Assembly: GCA_013115125.1 (NCBI GenBank)
Contig: JABANN010000103.1
Location: 52,266 to 72,265, forward strand
Direction of reading: 5' to 3'
DNA length: 20,000 nt
Source: Perkinsus olseni
Lineage: Eukaryota
A program made the position numbers and the translations under genes. The notes under the pieces were generated by a model that saw only the letters and a list, made by a program, of their open reading frames with translations, did no database searches and had not been told where the DNA came from. Below, in pieces: positions 1 to 10,739 of this stretch (the first letter of the stretch is position 1; every line of letters begins with the position of its first letter).

Positions 1-796
1 GTCATGATCACAATGGCATATGGAAGGGCATCGAAGACGAGCCCACTCCATCATTGAGACAGCTGAAACTGGAACTAAATAATACTTCAAACTCTCGAAT
101 CGGAAGATACAGCTATTGTTGCCCTACGCTAATGTCTACCATCACATTCAATATAACTCGCATCCGCATCCAAAAAGCCCTACTTCCGAAGACAACCAAC
201 CGGTGATAGAGATCCAGCCAGCATTATAATGGCAAAGCAGTGAGCCGTATACAATCTTACATACCACGTCAGCTGAGCCCTACCGCAGCAATAGTGAAGG
301 AGCGCTCGAAAAAGAGATCTATTCGCTGAACAGAGCAGCGAGTACACCTCCAAGCGAAAACATCGTTGCATCACTGCTTCAAAAAAAGCATACAGTTTGC
401 GCGGTCTCGACAACTAGGTTGAAAAATAGAAAAACGTTACCAGCTGATACATACTACAGACAACACGACGGTGTTTGAAGAAATAACGCGCAACAAAATT
501 TTCAAAAAACGATATCGACTGGTCTATGCGGTGCGCTTGGGCACAGCTAACCACAGTAGTTCACAACAAATAGTACTTGACCAGCATCATTAACAGCAAT
601 AGGGGTACACTCCCAGTTCGACTCACGACTCTAACAGAACTTGAAAAAAGAAGGAAATATTGCCTCGTCTGTTGGCAGCAGGAATAAAGGAGGTAAAAAG
701 GACCAACGAAAGGCACGGAAATATCTTCCAAAGACATCGATGAGGTAGTGGCCTCTACTCACTCTATCTGCCACGACCTTAAATGTAAAAAACGGT

Positions 797-3700
797 TTAA
801 CGTGAAAATTCTCGGGATAACGGTATGCTAGTGGGCACAGAGCCTACTTTTGGCAGTACTCGCGCTTCTCCTGGTGTGGTGCGAGGGGGAGATCTAGGGG
901 GCTTGCCTCCAACGACACCATTAGGAGGACTACCGGGGATACTGCAGTAGCTTCTTACGGTGCTCCCCGACGCTACGCGTGACGGCGGGGTATACATAGA
1001 AAGATCGGACGAGCGTCCCAGGCTGTTGATGTAGTTCATTGTTGCTCTAGTTGGTCGCTGCCCACGTAGACGCTGGAGCCTGACCGATGATCGACTCATC
1101 GAAGACAACAGACGTCGAGCGGAGCAACTCTCGAGTGTCTAGATTGAAATTCGTGCACGAGTTCATCCTGGCACGGGCCACGTGCGGATCACAAGTCGAT
1201 TGAAAGACACAGTGAGCTGTCGCGAGGTCATAGCGCGTTTGAGCACTACTTGAATATTTTAAAGGGGATACGAGTCGCACAGGCTCAGCGGACGCTGGAA
1301 GCCCCTATTGGGGAGGCTACGAGCTCTCCTGCCCATAAGGCCCACCTGTAGTATGCAAGAATGCATCTTTTCACGTCATTCATATCTTTCTCAGTAGCCC
1401 GATACATGCAGACTGGGAGAGGCGTCTCAATTTCCACCAGACATGATCTTCTCGGCAAAGGCGGCGTGACTCCGACGGCCGTATCCTCTTTGGTGGACGA
1501 GGAGCCGACAGAGGACGCAGAACCACGAGCACCTGACAATCAAATCGTCGTCTCCTCTCATAGCCTCATGAACCAACAGCGTCAAAAAGTTACCAAGGAC
1601 GCTGTCATGCATGATCGCAGCGTAGAAGAGCTCTGCACGCTCGCCCGAACTTAGTGTCGGGACTAGAGCGCCCGCGTACTTGAAGTGCAGCTACTGTTTC
1701 TCTTTCCAGCTTCGCAGTCCTCTCCATCACAGTCGCGACTGCTAGGAGGCGTCACCACAACAGCAGCAGTAGACACCTCGGCAGCAGGCGGAACGACCGA
1801 GCCCATGGCGCAGAGCAAACCAACTGTGAGCATGCAGAGCGGAGCGTAACCAATGGCGACCACTCTCATGCAAGATATCAGTGATGAGCGACATCGCGCC
1901 ATTGAGATCTGCACGACATAGCTACGACCAACTGGGAGAACGTTCTCTCTGTAGCATCGATGTGATATTGGTTGACACTTCCGCAAAGAGAACTTAGCGG
2001 GCGGCTAGAAAACCAATCGAGCGCCCCCAAAGAGTGACAGCTTCAACCAGCGTTTACAGCCTCAGAGAACCTTGAGAACGATCAGATAACCGTCATCAGC
2101 ATCCGGAGCACCCTCTCATGCGAATTCTGCCAGGTTAATCGGCAAAACCTCTCATCTGCACGCTGATTCCACCCGCGCACCCAGACCCTGTCAATAACCG
2201 CATGGCTTGCCCTTAGTAAGAACAAGCAGGGAAGCAAAACCAAACGTGACTGGCATTCCGGCAAGTGAAACTTCATCTTAGAGAGCTTAGCTCATAAGCC
2301 GGCCCTGGACGCGGCTGCGGCACTAAGCATCAACAACAAACCCGACATCATCAGCATCAATGCCATCGAATGGTCCCAGCTACCTAACAAAGACTAGCAG
2401 AGAAAACATACGCCGCTCTCCGGCACCTACCGATCACGGGTAGCATACCAGGGATCAGCTGCACCGGAAGTTGCCGATAGCACTTACCTCCCACTACGAG
2501 GCACAAGCCCGTACCTAGGCAAGAACGCCATCGATAGTACGCCGCTCCGATACTAGTAAAGTGACTAAGTACAGCCCACCAGGGGTAGAGCAACTACTAG
2601 TGCGGATACCGGATGGCCCTCATGCTCCCCGAGTTCTGAACCCCTGGCTCTCCCGCAGACGTTGTGATCTTGAACAGAGCCCAGCTCAGTTTGAGACAAT
2701 CGCAAAGGGCGATTGAGGGGCCAGACAGATGTGAACCGGGAAGCGGTGAACAAAGCAGAAATGATATTGAGCAGCAGTGCTGCTGCAGCACTCACTCGCA
2801 AGTAGCCGACTGAGGCTCTTGTCAGTCGCCAGTTCTACGAGACCTGGTACGTTCATGGACCAAGTGAGCTCCACCATATCGTCTGCCTTAACCAGACTGT
2901 ACCACATCGACGGCAAACTCGCTATGACATACAGTAATATCTGAAAATCATCGAAGCATCATCGATGATCACCAATCGTCCCTCCCACAGCTTCTTTAAC
3001 CAACCCTTGGACAGCGCTGGATAAAAGCCGGAGAATCATAGTGGACTTGAGCGAACTGAAACCGAGTCTCGACATTCAACTCGGACGGTTTCTCTTGTTG
3101 GTATCCTGTGGCGAAGGCGACCTACGACGAAGGGGCTGCTACGGATCTTCCCCAACCGGCGGATACTCAACAGCACAACGTCGACCAACAGTGCTTAGCA
3201 TCAATATTGTCAACCAAGGATATTCTTTTATCTCCGGCATACAGAATTATTCGACTCCGGAGCTCGGCATGGTGTCCGCAGAGAGGCATCCATTCCTGTC
3301 CCTTTTCCACGCCTCAACCCTGCCGGCAGCGTCCTTAGTACGGCTGTCCTCCACACCAGTCGAGTACGGAGCAATCCCCACCACAAGTAGCAAAATATCG
3401 CAGAGTAATTGAAAACAACACAACAGAACATTATTCCTTATGAAAGCACGTAACTCTGTAGAGCGGCGTTAAGAAAATTGTACATGATGCGCAACATGGC
3501 ACAAAGCTAACAGCAGCCTTACCTTGGGGGTAGCAAGCCCCTCGCATGCTTCACCGAACAGATCTCGGACGCTGGTTACCATGGAGGTATTGAGTGACAG
3601 GCTGAAGCCCGAGGTAAGCCATGCTTTAAGTGAAAGGGGTCAGCAGTCCCCTAAGCAAGGATGCAACAACTCCGTAGCCCAGCTCGAAGAAATGAGAACA

Positions 3701-3989
3701 ATATACCTAGAGAGCATATTTGGTTCAGCATTACAGCGCGTACGAGGACTGCGAGTTGGTACCGCTAGAAAAGCCCAACTCCCCGCAATCATCTCGTTAT
3801 GTAGCTTTAGCCCACCCGGCTCAAGTCTCATTCGCTCAAAAGACGCCGATGGTGTCTTCCCCGCTCGATTAAAATATGAACTCTACAAAAATGCCTCGCC
3901 TGGACATGTTGTTCGTATTTTACTGACAAACTCCAACGTGAGCCCATTACGGGAACAAACTGCTAATTAACTTGAGGACTCTCCTCCAT
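797..3989 (-). CDS. Multi-exon hypothetical gene (exon structure only partly resolved; could be more than one gene)
   Basis: Open minus-strand segments flanked by splice signals, e.g. TTTTCAG|ILLYVIASLPSMWYSLVKADDMVELTWSMNVPGLVELATDKSLSRLLA|GTGAGT (~2797-2940), ..SLNTSMVTSVRDLFGEACEGLATPK|GTAGGC (~3523-3622) and CAG|GARGS..KRCILAYY|GTGGGC (~1346-1532). A Ser/Pro-rich last exon ends at TAA 797-799. Candidate ATG at 3989. No family recognised. Confidence 0.4.
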
Positions 3990-4072
3990 CGTGCGGCCTC
4001 GTTCATAACAGTGCCTTCATTGAATAGTTAAATACTCTGCTTCGTAATAAACGTTAGTTGCCACAGCACCCT

Positions 4073-7000
4073 TCATCTCCGCTCACAGGCCGCCTGGTGG
4101 GCCCTATCAATAACGCTATCGGACGTAGATGCCTTCTCGAGGATGTATTCAACAGCAGCGTCTACGGTTCCTCGGACTCTGAAAGCCTGAGCCACTTGGT
4201 CGTGCGGCCACCCAAACTCACGGCACACCTGCGATAACTCTATATCCAACTCAAGCGATATAAGAGACCGCTACTAACCTGCTCAATTTTCGCTCTATTG
4301 TCTCGGTCAGTCAATCGATTGAGACTCTCGATACTGATAGGTTCTTCATCCTGAGTACACTCCCATGGCACCGTCGCTCTAGTACGCCGCGAACGATGCG
4401 GGATACTCACATAGAAACGATTGGAATTCCGCGACTCAAGTTTGGACAAAGCAACCGCTGCTGCTAGATCTGGGTCCATCTCTACCGACGAGTTCGAATA
4501 ACCTTCTTCCTGAAAAGAGCTCAGTTGGAGGAGGCAAACCTATAAGTAGCCAAAGAATGATATACGACTAATGATTAGAATCGACCAAATCATACTCTAA
4601 TTGAACAAAGCATGCATCCCTAAGATTGTCGCCAGATTCGTCGCACAGGAGCCGTGCATTCCATCCGAATACAGCGAGTACAACGTCGAAGAGCTGCTTC
4701 TTTAGAGCCGCGAATAGCGGCGACATAGTTGCCTGTATTCTCGGCAATGGAAAAAGCGGGTTATGAGTTGCAAGCAAGTCATCCACGGAGAGCGTATGCC
4801 TCATGGTTATAGACCGTAACAGATGCTCGAGTGACTAAAAAGCCTACCTGTATAGTCTGGTTCTGTATACTGGACCTATCGTACCCAGTGATCATGTGGT
4901 TGAACTGGAATGCACTGTTCTCCAGAGATTGACTGAAACACGCATCCACCCTGCGATGCCTCCAGCCTATGAGCATCACCTACTCTGGTATGCCCACTGG
5001 CGCTCTGGTCTGAGCTGCTGGCGACTGCCGGGGGCGTATGGTTACGTGCTCCATTCGATGGTACGACACCGAATCCTGAAAGACAAATGCAAAGAGTTCA
5101 CAGTGAAGGACAACTCAATTGGCTAGCCCATGCAGTGATCTTCAGCTAACCTCCCCTCTGCGGCAGAGTAAAGGACGAATTCTGCATCCGTGACCTTTTC
5201 TTACACTGTAACGGCTACAGATAAACTCATTTAGCGCATTCTGCGGCGTTTCCAGACTTATGCGCTTTCGTTCGAGTTGCAACTTACATTAACAGACTTA
5301 TCAGAGGCACTTTGATGCGGATGGACGCTGCGGATCACGCGTACTCCCGACTCTCCGCTGTCTCCGTGTTGAAAACTGGACGCAGGACTGACTCTGTTAT
5401 GCTGCTGTACTGGTGTGCTCGAGGCACTAAAGGGCGATCAATGGAAGTCCGGAAACGGGAGAGAGCCGTCCGAGAGAGCATGGGACAAATCCTCGTGAGC
5501 TTATATGAGTGGCGATAAGCCGATAAGTTGGTCAAGCAACCATCATTAGCTATATCCGGCACGATCATCACCATCGCGTTACTCGTCCTCACCTGCTCGT
5601 CGGCGTTTCCGAAGGACCTCCGCGAGATACGATATGTCCCGGAACTTGAGAGTAGCAAATCGGAGTACCACCGCCTGCCGCTGCGGAGGTACTGAACGCC
5701 AGCAAAGCACGTGCAAGTAAGTGAGGAGCGCTTTAGGATGCACCAGAAGGAGAACCAAACCCGAGATTGAATCTTGGAGATTCATCTACAGATGACCGAT
5801 TCTGCATATACTAATCTGGAACCACGATCTATGAAGCGGGCGAGTAATTTATTCTTCGAAATCCGCTCGACCACTCTTGCCGCATCGATGGCCATCGCTA
5901 CCACCGTTACTCTCAGGTCTCTAACCAACAACTCATTACCCTCGCGTGTCTGCTCTGTTGTGGTGAAGAATTCTCCTGTACTGTGACTGTGGCGACAACG
6001 ACTGCCCAGCGAATGCCCTGGGTGGCTGGACGTAGCCAGCTCTCCGCTCGCCAGGGGCTTCACGGCGATAGACCACCACGCCCGGGTCTTGGGGCTGCCG
6101 CTGCCTGTGAACACTGTTACTACGGCGAGCCTGAGATCATGCGCCACTGACAAATTCAATCTTCCCTGAAAAACTGGTCGCCCGAGAGGAGTCATCTGAG
6201 CTATCCTACAAAAACCTCCGGGACTCACCTCAGGCTGTTGGGCATCAACGGCAACTGGTGTTGGTGATCGGGTGGAGCTAGGGCGATGCGCCGCGGATGG
6301 TGGCGTTGACATTGCGGCTCCTCCTTGCACCTGCCGAGTTGGCAGGTCGCTATTCGTCGCCAGTAACGACGAATAGCATCCCAGCGAGGCGCCGGGCTGC
6401 CGTCACCTGTTCGGCCTGACGTGCTATATGGCGTAGCTCAGCTACAATATCCACGAAACGCGGCCTAGACGACGAGATCGGCTCACGTTGGTCCACGCAC
6501 CTGCAGTCGAGCGCATGATCAGTCAACTCAGTATACGATGGCTACCTCAATGCCAGCATGATGAGAGCTCCAGTAATCGCTGGGTGATGCGGCCACTGAG
6601 CTCGTGGATCCAGCTGGTTCGCGATTCGAGCGCTGTCATCTACTTGGACCTGGTTAGCTTTCCTTGGCAACTCACGTATCTGGTGTTCAAGAGACCCACA
6701 TTCTGGAAGTTGTGAAGTATTTGGCCAGTTGAAGGATCCTGAACTGCTGGAGGACGAGCCGTAAGGAGCTCGATCAGCACCATGCCGAAGCTAACACGAA
6801 GACAAGAAAATACCCGCCGGTTAGGTATCATTGCCGTTACATACACTACCCCCTAACCATCTTCTAGGTACGAAATTCCGATGCACCACGTTCGACAAAA
6901 TGCTGGCTCATGCTCTAGGCGAATCTCTCGGAGTAGTCTCCGAGATTCCTACCACGAACGGTCTCGGAGAAAAGCCCCCAGAGTATGCGTAGAACTAATA

Positions 7001-8299
7001 GGAAAGCACCGAAACAGAGAACTCATGCTTCGGAAGGCCGAAAAGGCACGCATGGTGGAGAACTACTCGAAACTGTGCTCACAGTTTTTCCATCAGTAAA
7101 GAGTGTGATTCACAGACCGCCCTACCTGTAAACCTCGGTCTTCTCCGTCACTACCGACGTGTTAATGTATGCCGGATCCGCATAGCCGATAGTCCCTAAT
7201 AATACGCTTACGCCCATATTGGTAAGGGGAGCTACCAACCTGAGCATTGCTGAACTTTGAAGTGGCCAAGTGAGCGATGCTCAGCAAGACACGCGAGGCC
7301 GAAGTCTGCAACCTTAGCCGAGCCGTTTCGGTCCAGCAGGATGTTCTGGGTCTGAGGACGAGTACTTGAGCGTTTCCGCATCATAATTATATGATGGACA
7401 AGAAGTACGGGTCGTACTTCTTGTAGAACTGATAATCGTACTGCACGAATATCAGTGTCAGTAGTCTCACCTTGATGTCTCGATGAAAGACGCGGGGTGT
7501 GGCGTTGTGTAGATGACTAAGCCCTAGAGCAGCATCCAAGGCAACACTTAGTCGTTGATACCAGTTGAACGAGGGAGGACCAGAGGAAGGCTGCAGCCGG
7601 CTCGACACGTCACCTACGAGGATAGGCCTTGATGAAGAGATCCATCAGAATGGTGAGAGGCCGGCTAGTTACTGGGACCAGCTCAGAATATTCAGCTGAT
7701 TGATTTCACCACGTGTACCCCAATTCGATGAGGTCGTGCACCAGATTCAAATTCAATGCATTCGATCACGAGACTCGAACTACTAAATGTGAGTGAGGTG
7801 AGGAAGAGAAGGTCGATATGAGGAAGCACCCACCTCCCGAAAGGAGTTCGTAAACAAGGCACCGCTCGTGCTCGTTCCTCGCAAATCCCATGAGGATGAC
7901 GAGGTTAGCATGTCGGAACTTAGACAGAACCTGATCGGCAAATATGCCTCAGTATCTATCAACCGCAACAAACGGCTACCTTAACCTCCTCTTTGAAACC
8001 CGACTCTTTGGGAGCTTGCAGCACCTTTACCGCAACCTAAGGTCACAAGACGTGTAGCACGGTATACGCGATGATCCTCGCCGAGATACCTCAGTGCCGT
8101 CTTTGAGTTGACCACGATAAACACATCCGTAAGTACCAGTGCCTGGCAACCGACTGTGGCGCAAACGAATTACGCTGCCCTTACCAAGGACGTTGTCTTG
8201 TGAAAAGTTATTTGTAGCCCGTCGTAGCTCCTCATAAGGATACTCAAGGGAGATGAAGTTCAAGTTAGCATCCGTAGGGGCAGGGGGGCTCGGACGCAT
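4073..8299 (-). CDS. IRAK/Pelle/RLK-family cytoplasmic Ser/Thr kinase with a low-complexity linker and C-terminal UIM and UBA domains (~19 exons)
   Basis: Spliced translation from ATG 8299: MRPSPPAP..YPYEELRRATNNFSQDNVLG|TGTYGCVYRGQLKDGTE|VAVKVLQ..GFKEEVK|VLSKFRHANLVILMGFA..RCLVYELLSG|GDVSSRL..FNWYQRLSVALDAALGLSHLHNATPRVFHRDIK|TQNILLDRNGSAKVADFGLA..|GTIGYADPAYINTSVVTEKTEVYS|FGMVLIELLTARPP..LALR|CVD..RPRFVDIVAEL. All kinase subdomains are present. An in-phase splice path continues to DPDLAAAVALSKLE and DNRAKIEQ|VCREFGWPHDQVAQAFRVRGTVDAAVEYIL..RR*, with the stop at 4073-4075. Confidence 0.9.
4130..4479 (-). other. Ubiquitin-binding module: UIM (~4432-4479) followed by a UBA-like three-helix domain (~4130-4310)
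   Basis: MDPDLAAAVALSKLES fits the UIM consensus (acidic-L-x-x-A-x-x-x-S-x-x-E). AKIEQVCREFGWPHDQVAQAFRVRGTVDAAVEYIL fits the UBA pattern (an MGF-like FGW loop, with AVEYIL in helix 3). Confidence 0.75.
7379..7424. repeat. Two adjacent intronic hairpins
   Basis: CATCATA-ATTA-TATGATG (7379-7396) and a perfect 12-bp stem ACAAGAAGTACG-GGT-CGTACTTCTTGT (7398-7424), in the kinase intron that splits HRDIK|TQN. Confidence 0.8.
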
Positions 8300-8585
8300 T
8301 AATACTATTATAACAGATGCCGACAACTGAGTCGAGGTCTCAGGTACGATACGATCGCAGACACGGCCCAGCTTCGGTGTGACTGACTTGAGTTAAGTTA
8401 CTTAACACAATTCGTATACGCCGCATAACATGATAATAGGGGTCCGCATGTACTATGCGACTTGCTCTGTTCTGTGACGAACTAAAGTTTCATGCTGTGC
8501 AAGGGGACGGGGAGAAACTAATACGTCAAAAACGGGGATCACAACAGACCGAAGAAAGGTACTAGCTCATCGCAGTACCGTAGAT

Positions 8586-9049
8586 TTAAACCGTGGTGGC
8601 CAGCCTCCCCAACATGCTGCAAGGCGGATGAAGGATAACGTTAGTAGTGGACGAGGCGAGCGCCAAGAAGATTTGGCAAATTGGCCAAAGGTGACTTGCG
8701 CTCTTAGCGAAGCGACGCGGGTCTCCACGTTGATTACTGCCTGATTTTATCAAGGCGCTTTACACTCTGGACCTGCCTGATCACAGTGATTTATCGGCCA
8801 AAACGCTCCGTAACACAGGGCTTATCTTCGCGACTTGCAAGAAAGCATCCAATGCATTGGAACAGTTGGATACTGTTCCCACATAAAAACGGCTTCCGCC
8901 TCGGTGTTCTGGAGTTGCGCCTCTAAAGCCACGTATAGCCGTCGGTTGAGTGTATCGTAATAATGGGGCGTTTTCTTGTCTGAAACTTTGCCGTCGAACC
9001 AGAACGTGGATCTTGTTATAGCGGTAATGGTAGGCACTGGGAGTTTCAT
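8586..9049 (-). CDS. Possible small hypothetical gene; first exon MKLPVPTITAITRSTFWFDGKVSDKKTPHYYDTLNRRLYVALEAQLQNTEAEAVFMWEQYPTVPMHWMLS
   Basis: A 75-codon ATG-initiated ORF with protein-like composition. It can be extended in frame through GCAAGT (GC-type) donors near 8838 and 8699. The 3' end is uncertain. Confidence 0.35.
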
Positions 9050-9159
9050 GCCCGGTGCGTAACGGAACTCTCTGGCCGCAAGCCTAAACTACGATGTAGC
9101 AAGTTCTTCATAAATTATAGGAACTTAGCTCACTTTTGTAGCACCTCTCTGCTTCACCG

Positions 9160-10404
9160 ATGTCCTCCTTGCCCGGAGACGTTCCGTCTCTCCCAGGTGA
9201 GGCATCATCGAGCAGCCGGCAACAGCCGCCAAGGAAAGGAGGAGGCAAGGGGAAGGGGAAAGGAAAGGGGCACTCGAAAGGGGGCCAACAGGGCAGGTCT
9301 GGTCCTACGGCGGAAACATGCTGGGTATGTTTGAAGAACGAAGGGAAATATAAGTAATAGAGACGTCCGGCGGAACATAACGAACAGATTTTCTCTCTCT
9401 TGAAGGTTTGTCTGTTGCCAGCGACGATATTGTAGCATTAAGTGCTATAAAGATCATACCAGCAAACCCTGTACGGGTGGGCTGCGGAGGGGCGAGGATG
9501 CTCCGCAACGAAAGAAGCGAAAGCCTGTAGTGGAGGTTGGTTTCGGCAGAAGGGAAATGTACTTGTGGCCTTCTTGTTCAGTTGTATGATTTCCAATATG
9601 CTGAACTATCCCTTTATAGCAGCTGCACGAAGGATGATCTTCAGGTGTGTGGAAGGTGGAATAAATGAATGGCGTTCATGTCCTGCGAAATGCGACATAA
9701 TAACCGCTACTGCGGCATTGTACTATAAGTCGCATTGCACTCGTCTCAGCGAATACGTTACTTCCACATACCCCGTGGCGAAGCCCGCAACGCGACTGCT
9801 CAATGTCACATTTCGCGCCCTTCCTCGCAGACAGCAGCAAATTAGCTCACTGAACTTGACCGTGTGATGAACGCTTTAATGGTCATTGTTGTTGTTCGAG
9901 CGCTCGTTACGTTAGAAATGTCCGGTGTCGGAAGTTTTATCAGATGTTGAAATCGTGAGAAGGGATGAAATTTCGTATGCTCTCGATAGGGACTGCTCGC
10001 ATACCCTCGTGGGCAGGCTTCTGTTGGCTGCTCACCAGTTGGTTTCAGGAGCTCCGAAATTCGGAGGCAGTCAAGAGCAAACTCTCACATCCTGCACTGC
10101 GCAAAGTGATAAAACGGATAGACTCGGCTGACGACAGGTAAAAGAACGCGTCTGGATTTCACGGCGTGCGGCGTCTTCTCTCAGAGTTGCTGCTTTGGAA
10201 AAGCAATTGAGCTGCGATGCGGATTTCGTCGCGTTTATTGACGAGTGTTTGGATGCAGTGGGCTTCAAGTACACTGCTGATGACGCTACCAAAAGCGAGG
10301 AAAAAGAGGAAGTTGAGGAGCCTCAGAAGTTGATACAGGAGATCGCTTCTGATGCTAGCGGCGATGGATCGTCGTCATCCTCGGAGGAGAGTGACTCCGA
10401 CTGA
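9160..10404 (+). CDS. ZNHIT3: Zinc finger HIT domain protein, ZNHIT3/Hit1-like box C/D snoRNP assembly factor
   Basis: Spliced CWVCLKNEGKYK|FVCCQRRYCSIKCYKDHTSKPC is a zf-HIT domain (intron ~9354-9405). The C-terminal ELRNSEAVKSKLSHPALRKVIKRIDSADDR|VAALEKQLSCDADFVAFIDECLDAV matches the ZNHIT3/Hit1 C-terminal (NUFIP1/Rsa1-binding) region. An acidic tail runs to TGA 10402-10404. Middle exons (9536-10045) are unresolved. Confidence 0.85.
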
Positions 10405-10739
10405 ACGTTTCTGACGATGCTCCTAGTGTAGAGTTAGTGGCTAGAATGAATTGGAGTGGGCCCGAGCCTGCACGCTCGAACCAGTCGTTCAAAACGGTGC
10501 ATCCATGGTCCCACTGAGCGGCTAGTTCTATCAGTCGGCGGTTCACGGCTCTCGTGATGAATTGCTACATGAAGTAATAAGGAGGCCATTCCGATGTATT
10601 CCGAGACCCGCCGCTCCTCTCTCTCGGAGGAGTTGCATGCTCCTGTGGAGCGCTGATAAGTCGACGTTGGAGGGACATCGTAAGGTGGCTCCCATCTGTG
10701 CTCTTCTTGGGGTTGTTTTCTTTTTCCATCTCCTTCGTG

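Noticed and set aside
1-796. A-rich stretch with faint resemblance to a decayed LINE (LNNT..R...YSY...TL.S..TFN near 75-155 and CLVC..H..C near 660-790)
   Set aside because: The conserved YLG is missing, the pieces are in different frames with many stops, and the T-rich minus strand with splice-like signals fits the start of another intron-rich gene equally well. It cannot be supported without a profile search.
3625-3660. Apparent in-frame TGA in GDC*PLSLKAW (selenocysteine or readthrough candidate)
   Set aside because: The TGA lies in a branch-point-like GCTGAC. Using the downstream acceptor (CTTTCACTTAAAG) removes it in phase. No SECIS was recognised.
3808-3825. Partial matches to the perkinsid/dinoflagellate spliced leader (TAGCC.....GGCTCAAG; also CCGTAGCC at 3672)
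   Set aside because: The matches are short and mismatched, lie antisense within another gene and are not upstream of a plus-strand start, so they are consistent with chance.
9864-9990. GTGATGA C-box in the unresolved middle of the snoRNP-assembly gene (possible intronic C/D snoRNA); also ATGATGA at 15341
   Set aside because: There is no CTGA D-box at a suitable distance and no terminal stem.
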